A stretch of DNA of 64,000 nt from Eledone cirrhosa (Eukaryota), in contig OZ024748.1 in the NCBI GenBank assembly GCA_964016885.1, forward strand, positions 58,590,001-58,654,000. The letters run 5' to 3'. A model generated the notes under the pieces. That model was not told the origin of the DNA. It made no database searches and worked only from the letters and a program-made list of their open reading frames with translations. The position numbers were made by a program, and so were the translations under genes. Shown here one piece after another: positions 1 through 19,449 of this stretch (position 1 is its first letter; each line of letters opens with the position of its first letter).

Positions 1-137
1 TTTAGTAAATATATATATATATATATATAAAGCTCAATGGATATTAAGATAATTTATACAAATATAAACGATATACAAAAGTTTTTTTTCATATATCTAG
101 TTAAGAAACGACTACCATTATGTTTATATATATATAT

Positions 138-142
<5 letters not shown>

Positions 143-216
<74 letters not shown>
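143..216. repeat. (GA)n microsatellite
   Basis: Uninterrupted GA dinucleotide run. Confidence 0.95.
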
Positions 217-222
<6 letters not shown>

Positions 223-629
223 AGTAATGAATTTACATACCTAAAGAAATAATCAAGCCAAAATTGCCTAAAGTTCAATGGTACGGTGGTTTCATGATAA
301 CTTCCAGAAGACGATCCCTATAACTGATGTATTGATTGTTCTCAATCACCTATTATCGGGCATAATAACAATCATCACCATGACCAGGAAACCTCATTCG
401 TCAGTAAAACCTATATGTCTTACTATATAATACTAGTTGTTGCTCAACTAAATATATGAAACATTTGTTGGTGTATATTTTAAATTTGTGTATATATGGA
501 ACTAACACTTAAAACGGTAATTGCTCAGTCGTCGGACCACAAATCGTTATAATAAAACCTTACTCTACGCCCCCAAGTATCCAGTACTCTGTTAAGTAAC
601 GATCTAACCAGTTTCAAACTGAATCCATC

Positions 630-670
<41 letters not shown>

Positions 671-676
<6 letters not shown>

Positions 677-1122
677 TAAAATAACAGATTAAAATTTCAG
701 CAAAGAATCGCTGCTTTCACCCTTAACGGGATCTTCTGAAAGTAACAAAGTCAATCTGTAAACGCAGAACTGCATATTTCAAAAAACGTTGCAACCGTTG
801 CGCGTATTGTTTTTCACCGCTCCTATTAATGACGTATTATATTCGTTTTTTCCCGTTCTTAGCCAGCGAACGTTTCCACGAACCAAAGTATCGTCTTCCT
901 GTCTTCCTCCGGTTGCAACGTTTTTTGAAATATCCAGTTCTGAGTTTACAGATTGACTTTGTTAGTTTCAGAAGATCCCGTTAAGGGTGAAAGCAGCGAT
1001 TCTTTGCTTAAACTTTAATCTGTTATTTTAATAAATAATTGCTCTACGGTTCTTATATATTTGATATATATTTATCCTTATCGAGCCCTCTTTGGATTTT
1101 AGTCTTCAAATTTATTATTATT
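671..1122 (+). mobile_element. Foldback PLE-derived element, family A (inverted arms 671-797 / 910-1036, tail 1037-1122) between (TA)n tracts
   Basis: ~127 bp arms are reverse complements with a few mismatches; related sequence at ~13597-13645, 16445-16500, 16750-16893, 17110-17440 and 19450-19600; contains an HHR-like motif. Confidence 0.75.
964..1014 (+). ncRNA. Type I hammerhead-like motif, U4A core variant
   Basis: agttt-CAGAAGA-tccc gttaa gggt-GAA-agca gcgattctt tgct-T-aaact: stem I agttt/aaact, stem II ccc/ggg, stem III agca/tgct. Confidence 0.55.
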
Positions 1123-2758
1123 ACTATATATATATATATATATATATATACACGTGTGTCTTTGGCTGTATGTGTGTGTTTTCATATACAATGTGTTTTA
1201 ATGTATCGTAAAGATAAATCATGCCTGACCATTCAATTGTAAGTTCTTAGATGTCTAATTTATTTCCATGTTAAGTCATAAACTCGACGCCAACATGACG
1301 TAGGTAGAAGCTTGCGTTTTATGTACATCATCGCTACAGAAAATATATATGCTGAGCATCTATGGAAGGAGTGGTGAATATAAGAAACATAGACATATGG
1401 AACAATAAGATGTCTAGAAGATACAATAGAAATAAGCTTAACAATGGCTTTTACTGAGATTAAAACGACATTGCAGAGTAAGATACTGATATCATGATAT
1501 GACCAATGTATTAATTGCATATCAGTATCGTTCAGGCTGTAAGGTCATTTGGAACGAAATGTTACATTATACAACAGCAAGTACTCTGTTTTGTATTATA
1601 CAATATCGTATTTCTTCTTTTTGCTCTTTGACAATCAGGACATTTGATCATAGATTTGTTTTCTTTCTCAGTTATATTGAAGTACCATGGCTCCTATATC
1701 TAATCGTGAAACGAATTTGTATGAATAAAACAACCGATATCATCGCAAATTAATTACCTTTCTGCTAGTAGCAACTATGAAATGTAATATATCTTATGCA
1801 ATGCTGTTTAAGGAATTTCGACAACAAAAGAGTCGCCTTGCTTATTAGACACACATGTGTTCGCTAGCAATCCTCTATATTTTTTTTATTTGATACACAC
1901 ACATATATATAAATATACGTATTTACATACATATACACAGCCGTGTATATATATACATATATATATACACACGGCTTTGAATGATTAATACTGGCAATTC
2001 ACAAAACGTATTTAAAGCTATGTTTCGACGCTATTCAGGCAAGTGAATTTAATCTATTTTTATCAGTGAATCTTTCAGCGTTAGGTTAAAATTCAAGACA
2101 TGAGATAAATAATATGTTCACATGTATATAGATAAATGGGTTTTAGAATACGACTAACGTTTGAGTATGAGACCCAACTGCATACATATAATATTAAATT
2201 ATTTACAACTAAAGAAAATATTCTTAATATTTTGAGTAGCAAAATTATGTAAAAATATCCGGTGAAATAAATCATAAACGTTTCCTAGAATAGTTTCATT
2301 TAAATTAATTAAAATGTATCATAATCAGATGAAAGGAATGTTTAGTAAATCCTCATCTTCACAATAATCTAAAACGAAAAATACAGATGCTACACCATGA
2401 TTATTCATAATATATAGTTTAAGGAGACCAAGTTTTAAATTACATTAAGATGCATTAGTAAAGAACAGGTATAGATTCAGGAGTATATTTCAATAAAGTT
2501 TATCTTTAATCTCCCATAACCTGAAAGTATTTCCGTGTGTCTTTACAAACTGGGTCCACCAAATGTAATTCTAACAGTTCTTATAACTCTCAAATAATCT
2601 GAGATATAATAAATTGTAAATTAAAGAGTTAAATGTATTAAAAAAAAGTAACGTTCTTCATCTAAAACTTACATATTTCAGTTCACACAGGGATAGAAGT
2701 TATTTTTCCTTATAAGGTGTCGGACACAATACTAAGTGTTTATACACACACACACACG

Positions 2759-2830
<72 letters not shown>

Positions 2831-2831
2831 A

Positions 2832-2891
<60 letters not shown>

Positions 2892-4775
2892 GTATGTGTA
2901 TATGTAGATATATATATATATAGATAGATATATCATATGTGTGTGGGTATGTGTGTATGTAAGAGATATTCATCAAGAGTATATGCATATGACGTAAACC
3001 AAATGTGATATCAAATGTCTTGAATCGAATCACCTATTCTGTCAATGCCAGTAAATAAATAAATAAATAATTGATAATTGATAAGCTGTATGTCTGAGTT
3101 GAATTCATCTTCGGTGTATTGAAAATATTGCCAAACGTAATCTTACTGAGGCATATTGATTGATAGTTAAACGGCTAGCAAGATTCTCCAGATTATTGCC
3201 ATTTATTATAAATAAGATGAATTCCTAGCATTGACGTATTTCCGCATTGTTTTCTTTGAAAATTCTATTTTAAGTTTTGATATAATTTGCAAAGATATAC
3301 ATTTTTTTTTTTTAATCTCATCAGCTATTGAAAATCGAAAAGTAAAATTGGAATGCGTTTTATGAATGAGAAAACCATTTGATATTTTAATATTTCTTTT
3401 TTTTAAATGTCTAGTTAAACCGTGCCTTTAATATTTCCAGTATAATTTATTAAGAATTTTTATTCTTACTCATCTATGGAAGAAGCATAATCCAATATAT
3501 TCTAGCGAATTAAATTTGTTATTACTCTATTTAAACAAATGGTATATAAATTTTTTAATTAAGATATTTTAATGCATAAACTATGATAGGTGATTTTAAT
3601 ACTGTATTTCTATTCGTATGTAATGAAATAGTGGTAAAATAAAATCTAAATTATTGAAATGTAAAATAATTGATTTTTGATAATATATTTCGAAATGGCA
3701 TTTTTGGAGATATGTAAAGTAACTTCAATATATTTATTGTTCCGCTTCTTATTCAATTTCCTTTAATCTATTACCTCGTCTTGGAGATATGAAAGATATC
3801 AAACAAATTTATAGTAAATGTTCTTAACAGTAAAGCCTAAAGCTGAATAACATGACATTTTTAAATTTTCAGATACTCATGGCATGAAAAAATGTCTTCG
3901 AAATGATTTTTGATGTAAATAAATATTTCACATATGGAATTATTTAATCGAATTTAATATTTTATCATTTGTTGATTTATGTTTTATTATGTGCGTCTGT
4001 CAAGAGATTTCTTTGTGATAATGTCCGTATGAATAATCTTGAATCGTTACCGAAGTAGTAAACTATATTCACTAAAAATGTCAGGTATTTTTACACAACA
4101 CTGGTGCCGCTGGCAAATAAGCGTGGCTTAGAGAACACCTAGACATATGCATGTTTATTTTGTATAGATAGAAATAGTGTATTCGTTTTCATATATGCCA
4201 CCTTTATATATAAGAACTACTGATCACAGAACGAACAAGGAACTACTCTTCAACCAACTTACCGTAACAAACATTTTGTTGAGTCAAGTACATCCGTACG
4301 CTGAAACACTCCTCGGTATAGAATACACTAAACCAGTACTAACGAAACCGAAAATGATATCTCGTTTACTTATGTCTGTGTGTGTGTATGCTCACAATCG
4401 GAATGTTTTGAATTCAATTTCCGGACAGGCTGGTGCATTGAGTTCTTGGGCAAGACATGTTATTTCACGTTGCTCTAATACACTCAGCTAAAGAAGAGGG
4501 TTTTTGACGAGAATGATACCAAGCTGTATCGGCAACTGCCTTTCCTTTGGACGAGCTCTGAGACGTGGATAAGGGAAACTAGTGTGTGTGTGTAAATGTT
4601 GCCCTTCCACAAAAACATTATGCTTGCGCTTGCGCCTCGGGTTTGAGCATTTTAGCTGCGAAACCTATGGCCATTCGTGAATGAAGGAGGTCTTATATAT
4701 ATATATATATATATAGTTCGGATCTAGCCGCTGATACAGCCGGAGGAGCTCAACCGTCGGTGTCCAGACGCTTTT

Positions 4776-4834
<59 letters not shown>

Positions 4835-5039
4835 GTGTGCGTGTGTATGTGTGAGTGTAACATAATATATGCATATATATATATATATATATATTTATAT
4901 CTCTATAAATAGAGTGTTCAGCGCCAAGACTGCCCGACGTGTATGTAAATCTATGTACATTGGCGCGGGCTCTGTTACACTCTCTATTTACAGTAATAGA
5001 GGTTTATCATACATATTGGCTGCTGGCGCACTTCTAACG

Positions 5040-5101
<62 letters not shown>

Positions 5102-5440
5102 AGAGTGATTGTCTGTGTGGTGGGTGGGCTGTATTTCCCAACATAATTGCCAATATTTCTCAACGAGAATCATTCGTAAAAAAACGTCTACGATTATGGG
5201 AATTTCTCAGTAAGTTCGTTAAAACTATTTCAATAAATATAACTAAGTTTCTTTCAGAAATTCATAGTTTATTGAAATCGTCCGGTCTGTATTATTCAAA
5301 CGAAAATGTTAATTTGTGAAAGTAATTCTATGATGACGGAATGTGTTGTAGACACATATTAAAAATATTTTGCTTTATATCATATTTTTTAAGCGTCTAG
5401 TAAATCTAATAGGAAGGAACATAATGATGGTATTGTCATA

Positions 5441-5697
5441 TTTATGGCGTAGGATAGAAGAAAGGAAAGGCACAGAAACGAAGAAAGAAATCCCCAGTCA
5501 CTGAAGAGGTCACAGAGTGTGTGACGAAAGAACTATGACTATATATATATAAACAACTATCTGGTTGTGGAACCAACCAACCAACCAGAAATTTATAAAT
5601 TTGTAAATTTATAAATATATAATAAATTAAATTGAAGTGAAAGCAACTGGTGCGTGTGTTTCTTATTGGCAACATGACCCTCCCAAAGTATAACAAT
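5441..5697 (+). mobile_element. PLE pseudo-LTR 3' fragment, family B, ending ...ccctcccaaagtataacaat-(TA)n
   Basis: Same 3' tail recurs at ~37000-37087, 44150-44219 and as 20-bp stubs at ~16388, 16687 and 17040; carries an HHR motif. Confidence 0.6.
5496..5540 (+). ncRNA. Minimal type I hammerhead motif
   Basis: agtca-CTGAAGA-g gtcac agagtgt gtgac-GAAA-gaac-TA-tgact; stem I agtca/tgact perfect; stem II has one extra or unpaired G. Confidence 0.65.
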
Positions 5698-5708
5698 ATA
5701 TATATATG

Positions 5709-5763
<55 letters not shown>

Positions 5764-6015
5764 TTGTGTATGTGTGTGTGTTTATGAGTGCGCGCGAGTG
5801 TGTAGTGAGTGTGTTTGTGAATGTATCTGTTGTTTTTTGGCATATAGTTGAATAGTTTATATATATATATATACATATAAGGATTAGAACACTGGAGCGT
5901 GTTTGAGTCAAACACCCTCTTCGTATTATAGAAATGTAAAATAGTGTATGTAAACTCCATATTCTTCAGAGTTTCTGGCTTGTATCTGCCGATATTACCT
6001 CTTGTTGTTTTGATT

Positions 6016-6053
6016 GCCCTGATGAGTCCTTAATAGGACGAAATATTGTCGGC
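6016..6053 (+). ncRNA. Minimal type I hammerhead ribozyme (tandem copy 1)
   Basis: gcc-CTGATGA-gtcct taat aggac-GAAA-tattg-TC-ggc: canonical core, 5-bp stem II, GUC cleavage triplet. Confidence 0.88.
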
Positions 6054-6167
6054 TAATAAAAACTTTTGATGTATTAAAGGATTCTTTGTTTTACTCTCTT
6101 AATATATATACATATATATATATATATATACATATATATACATATACATATATATACATATATATAC

Positions 6168-6217
<50 letters not shown>

Positions 6218-6229
6218 ACATATATATGC

Positions 6230-6262
<33 letters not shown>

Positions 6263-6307
6263 CATATATATATACATATGTATATATATATATACATATA
6301 TATATAC

Positions 6308-6338
<31 letters not shown>

Positions 6339-6351
6339 CATATATATATAC

Positions 6352-6382
<31 letters not shown>

Positions 6383-6399
6383 TATACATATATATATAC

Positions 6400-6468
<69 letters not shown>

Positions 6469-6531
6469 AACTCCATATTCTTCAGAGTTTCTGGCTTGTA
6501 TCTGCCGAAATTACCTCTTGTTGTTTTGATT

Positions 6532-6569
6532 GCCCTGATGAGTCCTTAATAGGACGAAATATTGTCGGC
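6532..6569 (+). ncRNA. Minimal type I hammerhead ribozyme (tandem copy 2)
   Basis: Identical to 6016-6053, 516 bp downstream. Confidence 0.88.
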
Positions 6570-6616
6570 TAATAAAAACTTTTGATGTATTAAAGGATTC
6601 TTTGTTTTACTCTCTT

Positions 6617-10309
<3,693 letters not shown>

Positions 10310-10510
10310 GAGAGAGACAATAATTTTGCCAATACGTATGCCATAGTCATACACGACATTTGCATGCATATGTTGCACTGAACAACTTGGCTAACAATAA
10401 AATAAGTATTAGAATAATACATTGCAAATAGATATCTTGTACTTCTGTTAACGTATTAAAAAGGAATTATCACACAACTCCTTCAGCTATAGATTTATGA
10501 GCAGGATGCA

Positions 10511-10677
10511 TCAATGCAGCATTGTCATCGAATCATTTGAGATGTTCTTGGGAAAGAAGGAGCGGCCACCCTGACCTTTACATGTTCCACGATCCTTGTA
10601 GCTTTGTTGCAGTTGCTCAGCTTGAAAATCTTTTTTACCAATAGAAAACCTAAATGGAATTCCATCGTATTTTCCTT
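10511..10677 (-). CDS. Candidate terminal coding exon of an unidentified host gene (EGKYDGIPFRFSIGKKDF...GQGGRSFFPKNISNDSMTMLH*)
   Basis: ttttcag acceptor, 55 open codons ending at TGA, protein-like composition; no homology recognised. Confidence 0.35.
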
Positions 10678-11465
10678 CTGAAAATATCGAACAAAGAATC
10701 TTTAATGTAAGGTTTATAAGGTGAGGTACAGAGAAATAAGGGAATATTTGATTATGGTTTCGAGTAACATTTTAAATATGACATATTTCAAATTGCTTAC
10801 AGTGTTTAGATTTGCCTCTAGCTACACATTGAAAGGAAAATTAAAATCAAAGCAGCTGACGAACAGTATGACGAACATTAATATTATTTTAATTGTAACA
10901 TGTCAACAACAGGGAATGCATCTGTATAGCCAGCCTCTTTACAGGCCCAAGTCGTATTGATGCGAAGATGACACACTAACGACCAGGTGTTAGATCGTGT
11001 TAAGTACTCATCTCTGTGATATTATTAGCCGTTTATTACGATTGCCCATGGTTTTCCACATTAAGGTTTACATGCCACGTTTACTAAGTAATCGTGGAGG
11101 CAGTATTTCTTTCTTATATGAAATCAAGAAATATATCAGTACTATCAATAATTATAAACTGAATATTTCGCTTCGGCTTCGTATCTGTTTATACTAACAA
11201 ATTACGTTTGTAGCAGGTGAGATCGTGTGAATATATATATTTTTTTTTGCTTACTGATTGAAATCGCACAGTTCATCCAGATTCAATTTGCTTGCCTCTG
11301 CTGTCATGGACTCCAACCACTGATTCACGGACCGGTGCTGGGCCGCAGAGCATTTGGTACCGGGCTGCACAGAAAGAATAAAAACTTGTTTTCCATACTA
11401 TTGACTATCATTTTCTCCCTTATGTTGAGTCGAGTCACATTTTCGCTATAAAGGTAATAATTAAA

Positions 11466-11974
11466 ATAATAAGGGTTTCTGATTTAGGCACATGGTCAAC
11501 AATTTTTATAATGACCCCTTAAGAATGAAATGAAAAGTTAACCTCGGTGGGATTTGAACTCAGAACACATAGGGCTGTAACTCTATGCCAATAATAATGT
11601 TTTTCGAAGTTCTACTGATATTGCCATTCCACCGCCCTAATAATTAAATTAATAATTGTTTCTACTGTTGGCACAAGGCCAGCAAAAACCCAGTACATTA
11701 CTGGTACTTTATTTTATCGACTCCGTAAGGAATAAAGGCAAAGTTAACCTCGGCGGGATTTAACTTTGCATTTCATTAAATTAATAATAGTTTCTACTTT
11801 TGGCACAAGGCCAGCAATTTTTCCAGTGTATTACTGGTACTTTATTTTATCGACCCCGTAAGGATGAAAAGCAAAGTTAACCTCGGCGGGATTTGAACTC
11901 AGACTGTAAAGGGACGTAACTATGCTAGAAAGCATGGCGTCCAACCCTCTACCGATACTGCCAATCCACCACCC
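11466..11974 (-). mobile_element. Cluster of three tRNA-derived SINE copies (11466-11637, ~11645-11765 partial, 11781-11974)
   Basis: Minus strand has A-box-like tggcagtatcggtag, B-box gagttcaaatcc and core gtcgataaaataaagtaccagt; last copy flanked by direct repeat tttcattaaattaataata (11771-11789 / 11975-11993). Confidence 0.85.
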
Positions 11975-13643
11975 TTTCATTAAATTAATAATAAAAGTAT
12001 ATAATATTCACTTTATTGTTTATTCCGTTTTATTTTGGCGTAACCGACACCGAATCCTGACTCTCTGTCTCTGGAGAAATTATCTTGCCTGACCCGGTAC
12101 GGTGCGTAAAATGTTTAAAGATCGCTGCTCTACACCACAGAAGTTGGCATTCCAGTAATATCTGACAGTCATTATAGACTTGTTTATTCAAATGAATACA
12201 ATCCATCTGAGCATTAAATGCAACTTATGGATTTACTTTGATTTTCTTTATATGCATGTCATATTGTTTTGTAAGGTAAATGTAAGAATAGTCATTTTAT
12301 CTGACAGCAGTATTTCGCTTCAATGAACTTTTATTTGATTGTTTGCTAACTGAGTGAAGAAATCAATGTCGTGTATAATTCCTTCTCAACAACTGTTTTT
12401 GCCTCTTAACCAGATATCGGCTCTGATATTTGTAGAATATATCATTTTTGTTTCATGTCTGTTTTGTTTAACGAATACTAAATCAGTCAGTAATATATAT
12501 TACGCATGACATCTTTATCGTTTGGGAAACATGTAACTTTAATAATCGACTGTCAAACGCATAATATGTTGTTAATACTTCCAATTCCATTTGTCTGATA
12601 TTTATCATTGTGTATCCCCCCTACACATAATAGAATTGAATATCATAAAAGAGACGCATTTTGTCTCTCTATATATAATAGAAGTAAAGCCTCGTCCATT
12701 ATGGGAAATAAGTAATTCACATTTACATAATTGCTGACAAAGCGTTGTAGTCCAGAGGTTAAGATGAGTTATTATATATGTGATTTATTTTGGATTAGGC
12801 ATCATATGATTTGAAGTGTGTACCTAAGTTTGAAATACAAATACTTGTATATCGGAAAAATGCATATTCTTTTGAAATATTTAACGGGATATGGAAAGAT
12901 ACACTAAACGTCTGACGTTGTTTAATTTTAGTCTGCTTTATCCTGAGTTTGAATCCTATCAGCGTCGATGAAATCTTTGATAAAATAAGCATCAATCATG
13001 CTGTATTAACTAGTACCATGCAAAAGAGCATATGGCCAACCTGATAGGCGAGAATAATGGAGGACCAGTAAGAGGTTTGTGTCGTTTCTTAAGAAGGCTG
13101 CGTTAGTTTTTCTGTAACAAATCATTATTAAAGGATTTATTCTAATTTGAGAAATTTAATATCACAGATTAGGGATTAGGTACAGCTCAGCGTCAGGGAG
13201 TCTCTATGTAGTAAAGCAATATGTACGAATTAGGCACTGTGACATTTTCAAACCACATTCTACTGAATTTTAAATGGCCAATCTGAAGCATCAAATGTAT
13301 ATTATGCTAGTGGCTTTTCAAACACTAGTCTACTTAATCGACCTTGAGGTGGTATTGCATAACAATCAATAGGGTTGTAGAAATCAGATTTTAATTAAAT
13401 TTCCATAGTTATCGGTATCATCTTGTAGTTGTGCTTTGAGACATATATGGTCTTGTCAAATTATATTTACACGGACACATGAGTCTATATTTATTACCTG
13501 GCTATCAATTACAGAGCATGTTCACTGAAGAGATAATAACGATCAATCATTCAGATGTTTATAATATTAGTTTATCATAATAAATTTCAAAATAAATTTT
13601 AAGACTAAAGTCCAAAGAGGGCTCGATAAGGATAAATATATAT

Positions 13644-13722
<79 letters not shown>

Positions 13723-13877
13723 CATATATTTATATATATATATATATATATGTAGGAGGTGAGTTTTATTGTAGTACAATAAAGCAATGCAGATATCGGA
13801 TAAGAAGCACTCTACAGTTTGTGGGACTGGAGTATGCATAATATAAGATCAAAAGATGGTTAAAGGAGTTCAATATA

Positions 13878-13944
13878 TTTTATTATGCGCATTTCAAAAA
13901 CAAACATCATCAAACAATAATATTTGTGTTTTCATCAGATAAAA
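13878..13944 (-). ncRNA. Type I hammerhead motif (family D, tail-bearing arm)
   Basis: ttttat-CTGATGA-aaacacaaata...tgtttgttttt-GAAA-tgcgca-TA-ataaaa; palindromic stem III. Confidence 0.75.
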
Positions 13945-16258
13945 CAGGAGAACATGATATGAAGGCTAAAAAAACACTTGTTGATAGTGCAGTTTTAAAT
14001 CAACATATGAAAAGTGGTTTTAGATTGATGTGTGATATTGGGAAAAATATATTATTTAGAGAGGGGGGGAGAGAAAAGGATGAAAAGGGAAGGAGATGAG
14101 AGGGAGAGATGGGTGATAGAGAGAAAGAGATAGTTTTTATAACAGAGAGGAGATATATTTTATATAGAGGGGTTGAAAACCGTTGGAAGATACTGTATAA
14201 ATTAAAAATTTTGAAAATTAACGAAGGGAGGATATGTGCGAGGAAAAAATATATTATATTTAGGGAGGGGTGGGGGTGGAAAGGATGAAAAAAAGGGGAG
14301 GAGATGAGAGTGAAGGTGGAAAGGGATAGATGGGTGATAGAGAGAAAGAGATAGTTTTTATAACTGAGAAAAAGATATAATGTTTTAATATAGAGAGGTT
14401 GGGAACCGTTGGAAGATAATGTATAAATTAAAGGAATTTGAAAATTAACGAAGGGAAATTATGTATGGAGATAGAGAGAAAAAAATAACGAAGGGAGATT
14501 ATGTATGGAGATAGAGAGAAAAAAATAATTGTGGGTGAATATTCAAAAGGAGAAATGTAGGAATCTTAAAATTAGCAAAGAGAAAATGTTTATGTATAGG
14601 TTTTGAGAAAAATAATGTGAAGTTAAAGTTTTTATATTGAATTCATATGTATTAATAATGAGTTCGTTGATGGGGAGAAAAAAATAATAATAATAAATTA
14701 AGGATGAAATTGAGATTAAAAAGATTTATGATAGAGAGAAAAAATAATAATGATTGCGGATGAATACTCAAAATGTCAAAAACAAATGTTATTGTTTTAC
14801 GAAGAGATATAATGAGGGTGATGAGTAAACGGGTATTATAGAGTGTATAATGCCCTTTAAAGTAAGGTAGATGGGTATATTTTAAAGAATATATGAGTAT
14901 ATATTAAAAAAAAAAAAAATATATATAATAATAAATTAAGGATGAAATTGAGATTAAAAAGATTTATGATAGAGGGAAAAAAAAAAAAAAAAAAAAAATA
15001 ATAATGATTGCGGATGAATATTCAAAATGTCAAAAACAAATGTTATTGTTTTACGAGAAGATAGGATGAGGTAAATGAATAAACGAGTACTATAGAGTGT
15101 ATAATGCCCTTTAAAGTAAGGTAGATGGGTATATTTTAAAGAGGTGTATGTATATGTGCCTTTGAGAAAAGATTCTAAATTGATAAAGAATTGAATATTA
15201 ACTGTATACTTTGTGAAAAGTTCTATGGAATTTATGAAGGCAGATGGAAAACAAATCCGAGCGTCTATCCGAGCGTCTATTTTTTTTTTTTTTGTTTAAT
15301 ATATACTCATATATTCTTTAAAATATACCCATCTACCTTACTTTAAAGGGCATTATACACTCTATAATACCCGTTTACTCATCACCCTCATTATATCTCT
15401 TCGTAAAACAATAACATTTGTTTTTGACATTTTGAGTATTCATCCGCAATCATTATTATTTTTTCTCTCTATCATAAATCTTTTTAATCTCAATTTCATC
15501 CTTAATTTATTATTATTATTTTTTTCTCCCCATCAACGAACTCATTATTAATACATATGAATTCAATATAAAAACTTTAACTTCACATTATTTTTCTCAA
15601 AACCTATACATAAACATTTTCTCTTTGCTAATTTTAAGATTCCTACATTTCTCCTTTTGAATATTCACCCACAATTATTTTTTTCTCTCTATCTCCATAC
15701 ATAATCTCCCTTCGTTATTTTTTTCTCTCTATCTCCATACATAATTTCCCTTCGTTAATTTTCAAATTCCTTTAATTTATACATTATCTTCCAACGGTTC
15801 CCAACCTCTCTATATTAAAACATTATATCTTTTTCTCAGTTATAAAAACTATCTCTTTCTCTCTATCACCCATCTATCCCTTTCCACCTTCACTCTCATC
15901 TCCTCCCCTTTTTTTCATCCTTTCCACCCCCACCCCTCCCTAAATATAATATATTTTTTCCTCGCACATATCCTCCCTTCGTTAATTTTCAAAATTTTTA
16001 ATTTATACAGTATCTTCCAACGGTTTTCAACCCCTCTATATAAAATATATCTCCTCTCTGTTATAAAAACTATCTCTTTCTCTCTATCACCCATCTCTCC
16101 CTCTCATCTCCTTCCCTTTTCATCCTTTTCTCTCCCCCCCTCTCTAAATAATATATTTTTCCCAATATCACACATCAATCTAAAACCACTTTTCATATGT
16201 TGATTTAAAACTGCACTATCAACAAGTGTTTTTTTAGCCTTCATATCATGTTCTCCTG

Positions 16259-16325
16259 TTTTATCTGATGAAAACACAAATATTATTGTTTGATGATGTT
16301 TGTTTTTGAAATGCGCATAATAAAA
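16259..16325 (+). ncRNA. Type I hammerhead motif (family D, inverted arm)
   Basis: Reverse-complement copy of 13878-13944. Confidence 0.75.
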
Positions 16326-16384
16326 TATATTGAACTCCTTTAACCATCTTTTGATCTTATATTATATATATATATATATATATA

Positions 16385-17630
<1,246 letters not shown>

Positions 17631-18297
17631 AAACCGAATGATTCTCGGCTTCAGAGTTAAGAATAAAGTAAATAAAATACAGAGGTAATTGAAATTAAAT
17701 AAATACATACGCGCATCCATATACGTACATACACAAGCATACGCGAACACACTCGCCATAGGTATACAAATACACGCACATATAAATATGTGTGTGTGTG
17801 TGTGCGTGTAAACAAATAATTAAATAAACGTATATAAATAAATAAATACGTATATAACAAGCGCACACACATACCTACATGTAAATACACATATGTTCGG
17901 GGACGTACGTCAACCAAAACACGAAGTACACATATACACACACCCTACATACCTACGAACCCGCATACTTACACAAACGCAAAACTCACGTATACACATA
18001 ACCAAAAGCATATGTACCAGAATATATAAAATATACGCCATAACATATACAATCAAATATACGCCCGAGAAAGTATACGTACCTTCACAAAACATACATA
18101 TATATACTTACCTATACAAATATAGTAATGGTATAAACATAATATATACTTAGGTACCACATGAAGACGTAAAATATCCGTTTATAGATCGTACTATTCG
18201 TTAGGGTATAATGTAATACAGGAAGGTTTTGTGCAATTTATGTTTACAAGCCGAAATTGCTTCAGATTAATCTCTTATTTTAATATATATATATATA

Positions 18298-18671
18298 TGA
18301 CAAAAAAACTCACTCAGCGTGTGGATGGGTGCTACACGAGAATGCTAAGGTTGGTTCTGAACATTAATCAGTATACACTTAGGATGCAAAACTCAGCTGT
18401 GTCGGAGCCTCCCAAAAGTCAGCTCACAATTGACACAGAATAAATAGAGGTTAGCTGGACATGCTCACCGACATCTAGAGTTGACTTTGCACTCAGTGCT
18501 TCTGTGGAAACACTACATGGACACACCGGAAAAGAAAGACCAAGGTTAATGTATGTTGATGCCCTAAGGACAGACACTGGTCTGTTGGAAACGCAGGACA
18601 TGGCAGCGATAATGAGAGACACAGACCGCTGGAGAGAACTCGGCCATGGATCTCGGGAATGTTACCCGCCC
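18298..18671 (+). mobile_element. Degenerate RTE-clade LINE 3' end (post-RT C-terminal region)
   Basis: Frameshifted peptides TKKLTQRVDGCYTRMLRLVLNI... and ...[23 protein letters not shown]...MRDTDRWR resemble RTE ORF C-termini; flanked by (TA)n. Confidence 0.75.
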
Positions 18672-18682
18672 TATATATATAC

Positions 18683-18734
<52 letters not shown>

Positions 18735-18764
18735 AATATATGTATATATATATATATAAATATA

Positions 18765-18797
<33 letters not shown>

Positions 18798-18830
18798 ATA
18801 TATATATGTATGTATATATATATATGTATG

Positions 18831-18917
<87 letters not shown>

Positions 18918-19056
18918 ATATATATATTTATATGTATATATATATTTATATATATGTATATATATATATATATTTATATGTATATATATATATTTATATA
19001 TATGTATATATATATATATATATATACTTATATATATATATTTATATATATATATT

Positions 19057-19090
<34 letters not shown>

Positions 19091-19449
19091 TATTTATATA
19101 TATATATATATTTATTTATATATATATATATTTATGCCAATATGTACATATGTTTGTATATATATGAACGGTTGCATGTATATTTAGATAGAATGATGGA
19201 AATACAGAGAGAGAGGGGGGGTTGGAATGCGTGTGTGTTTGAGGAGAAAGTAAAGAAAGAGAGAATGTGAATTATGAATGAAAATAAAACATATAATAGA
19301 AAGATGTGAAGATTACGAAAAACGACATTGCCGTCGATATTGTTTTGATATAACAACATAAGAATAAATATAAAGAGGTGCATAAAAGGGTATAAACCCA
19401 TCCTCAATAGAAATGGAATGATAATATTATATATATATATATATATATA

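Larger units (their letters stand above)
13751..16365 (-). mobile_element. Large foldback PLE-derived element, family D: ~1.08 kb near-perfect inverted arms (13838-14919 / 15279-16365), tail 13751-13837
   Basis: Arms read as reverse complements; the spacer contains a ~215 bp direct duplication of arm sequence; flanked by (TA)n; short relative at 24489-24870. Confidence 0.8.

Noticed and set aside
280-412. Minus-strand CTGACGA-atga...tcat-GAAA-ccaccg-TA possible HHR
   Set aside because: No convincing stem I pairing.
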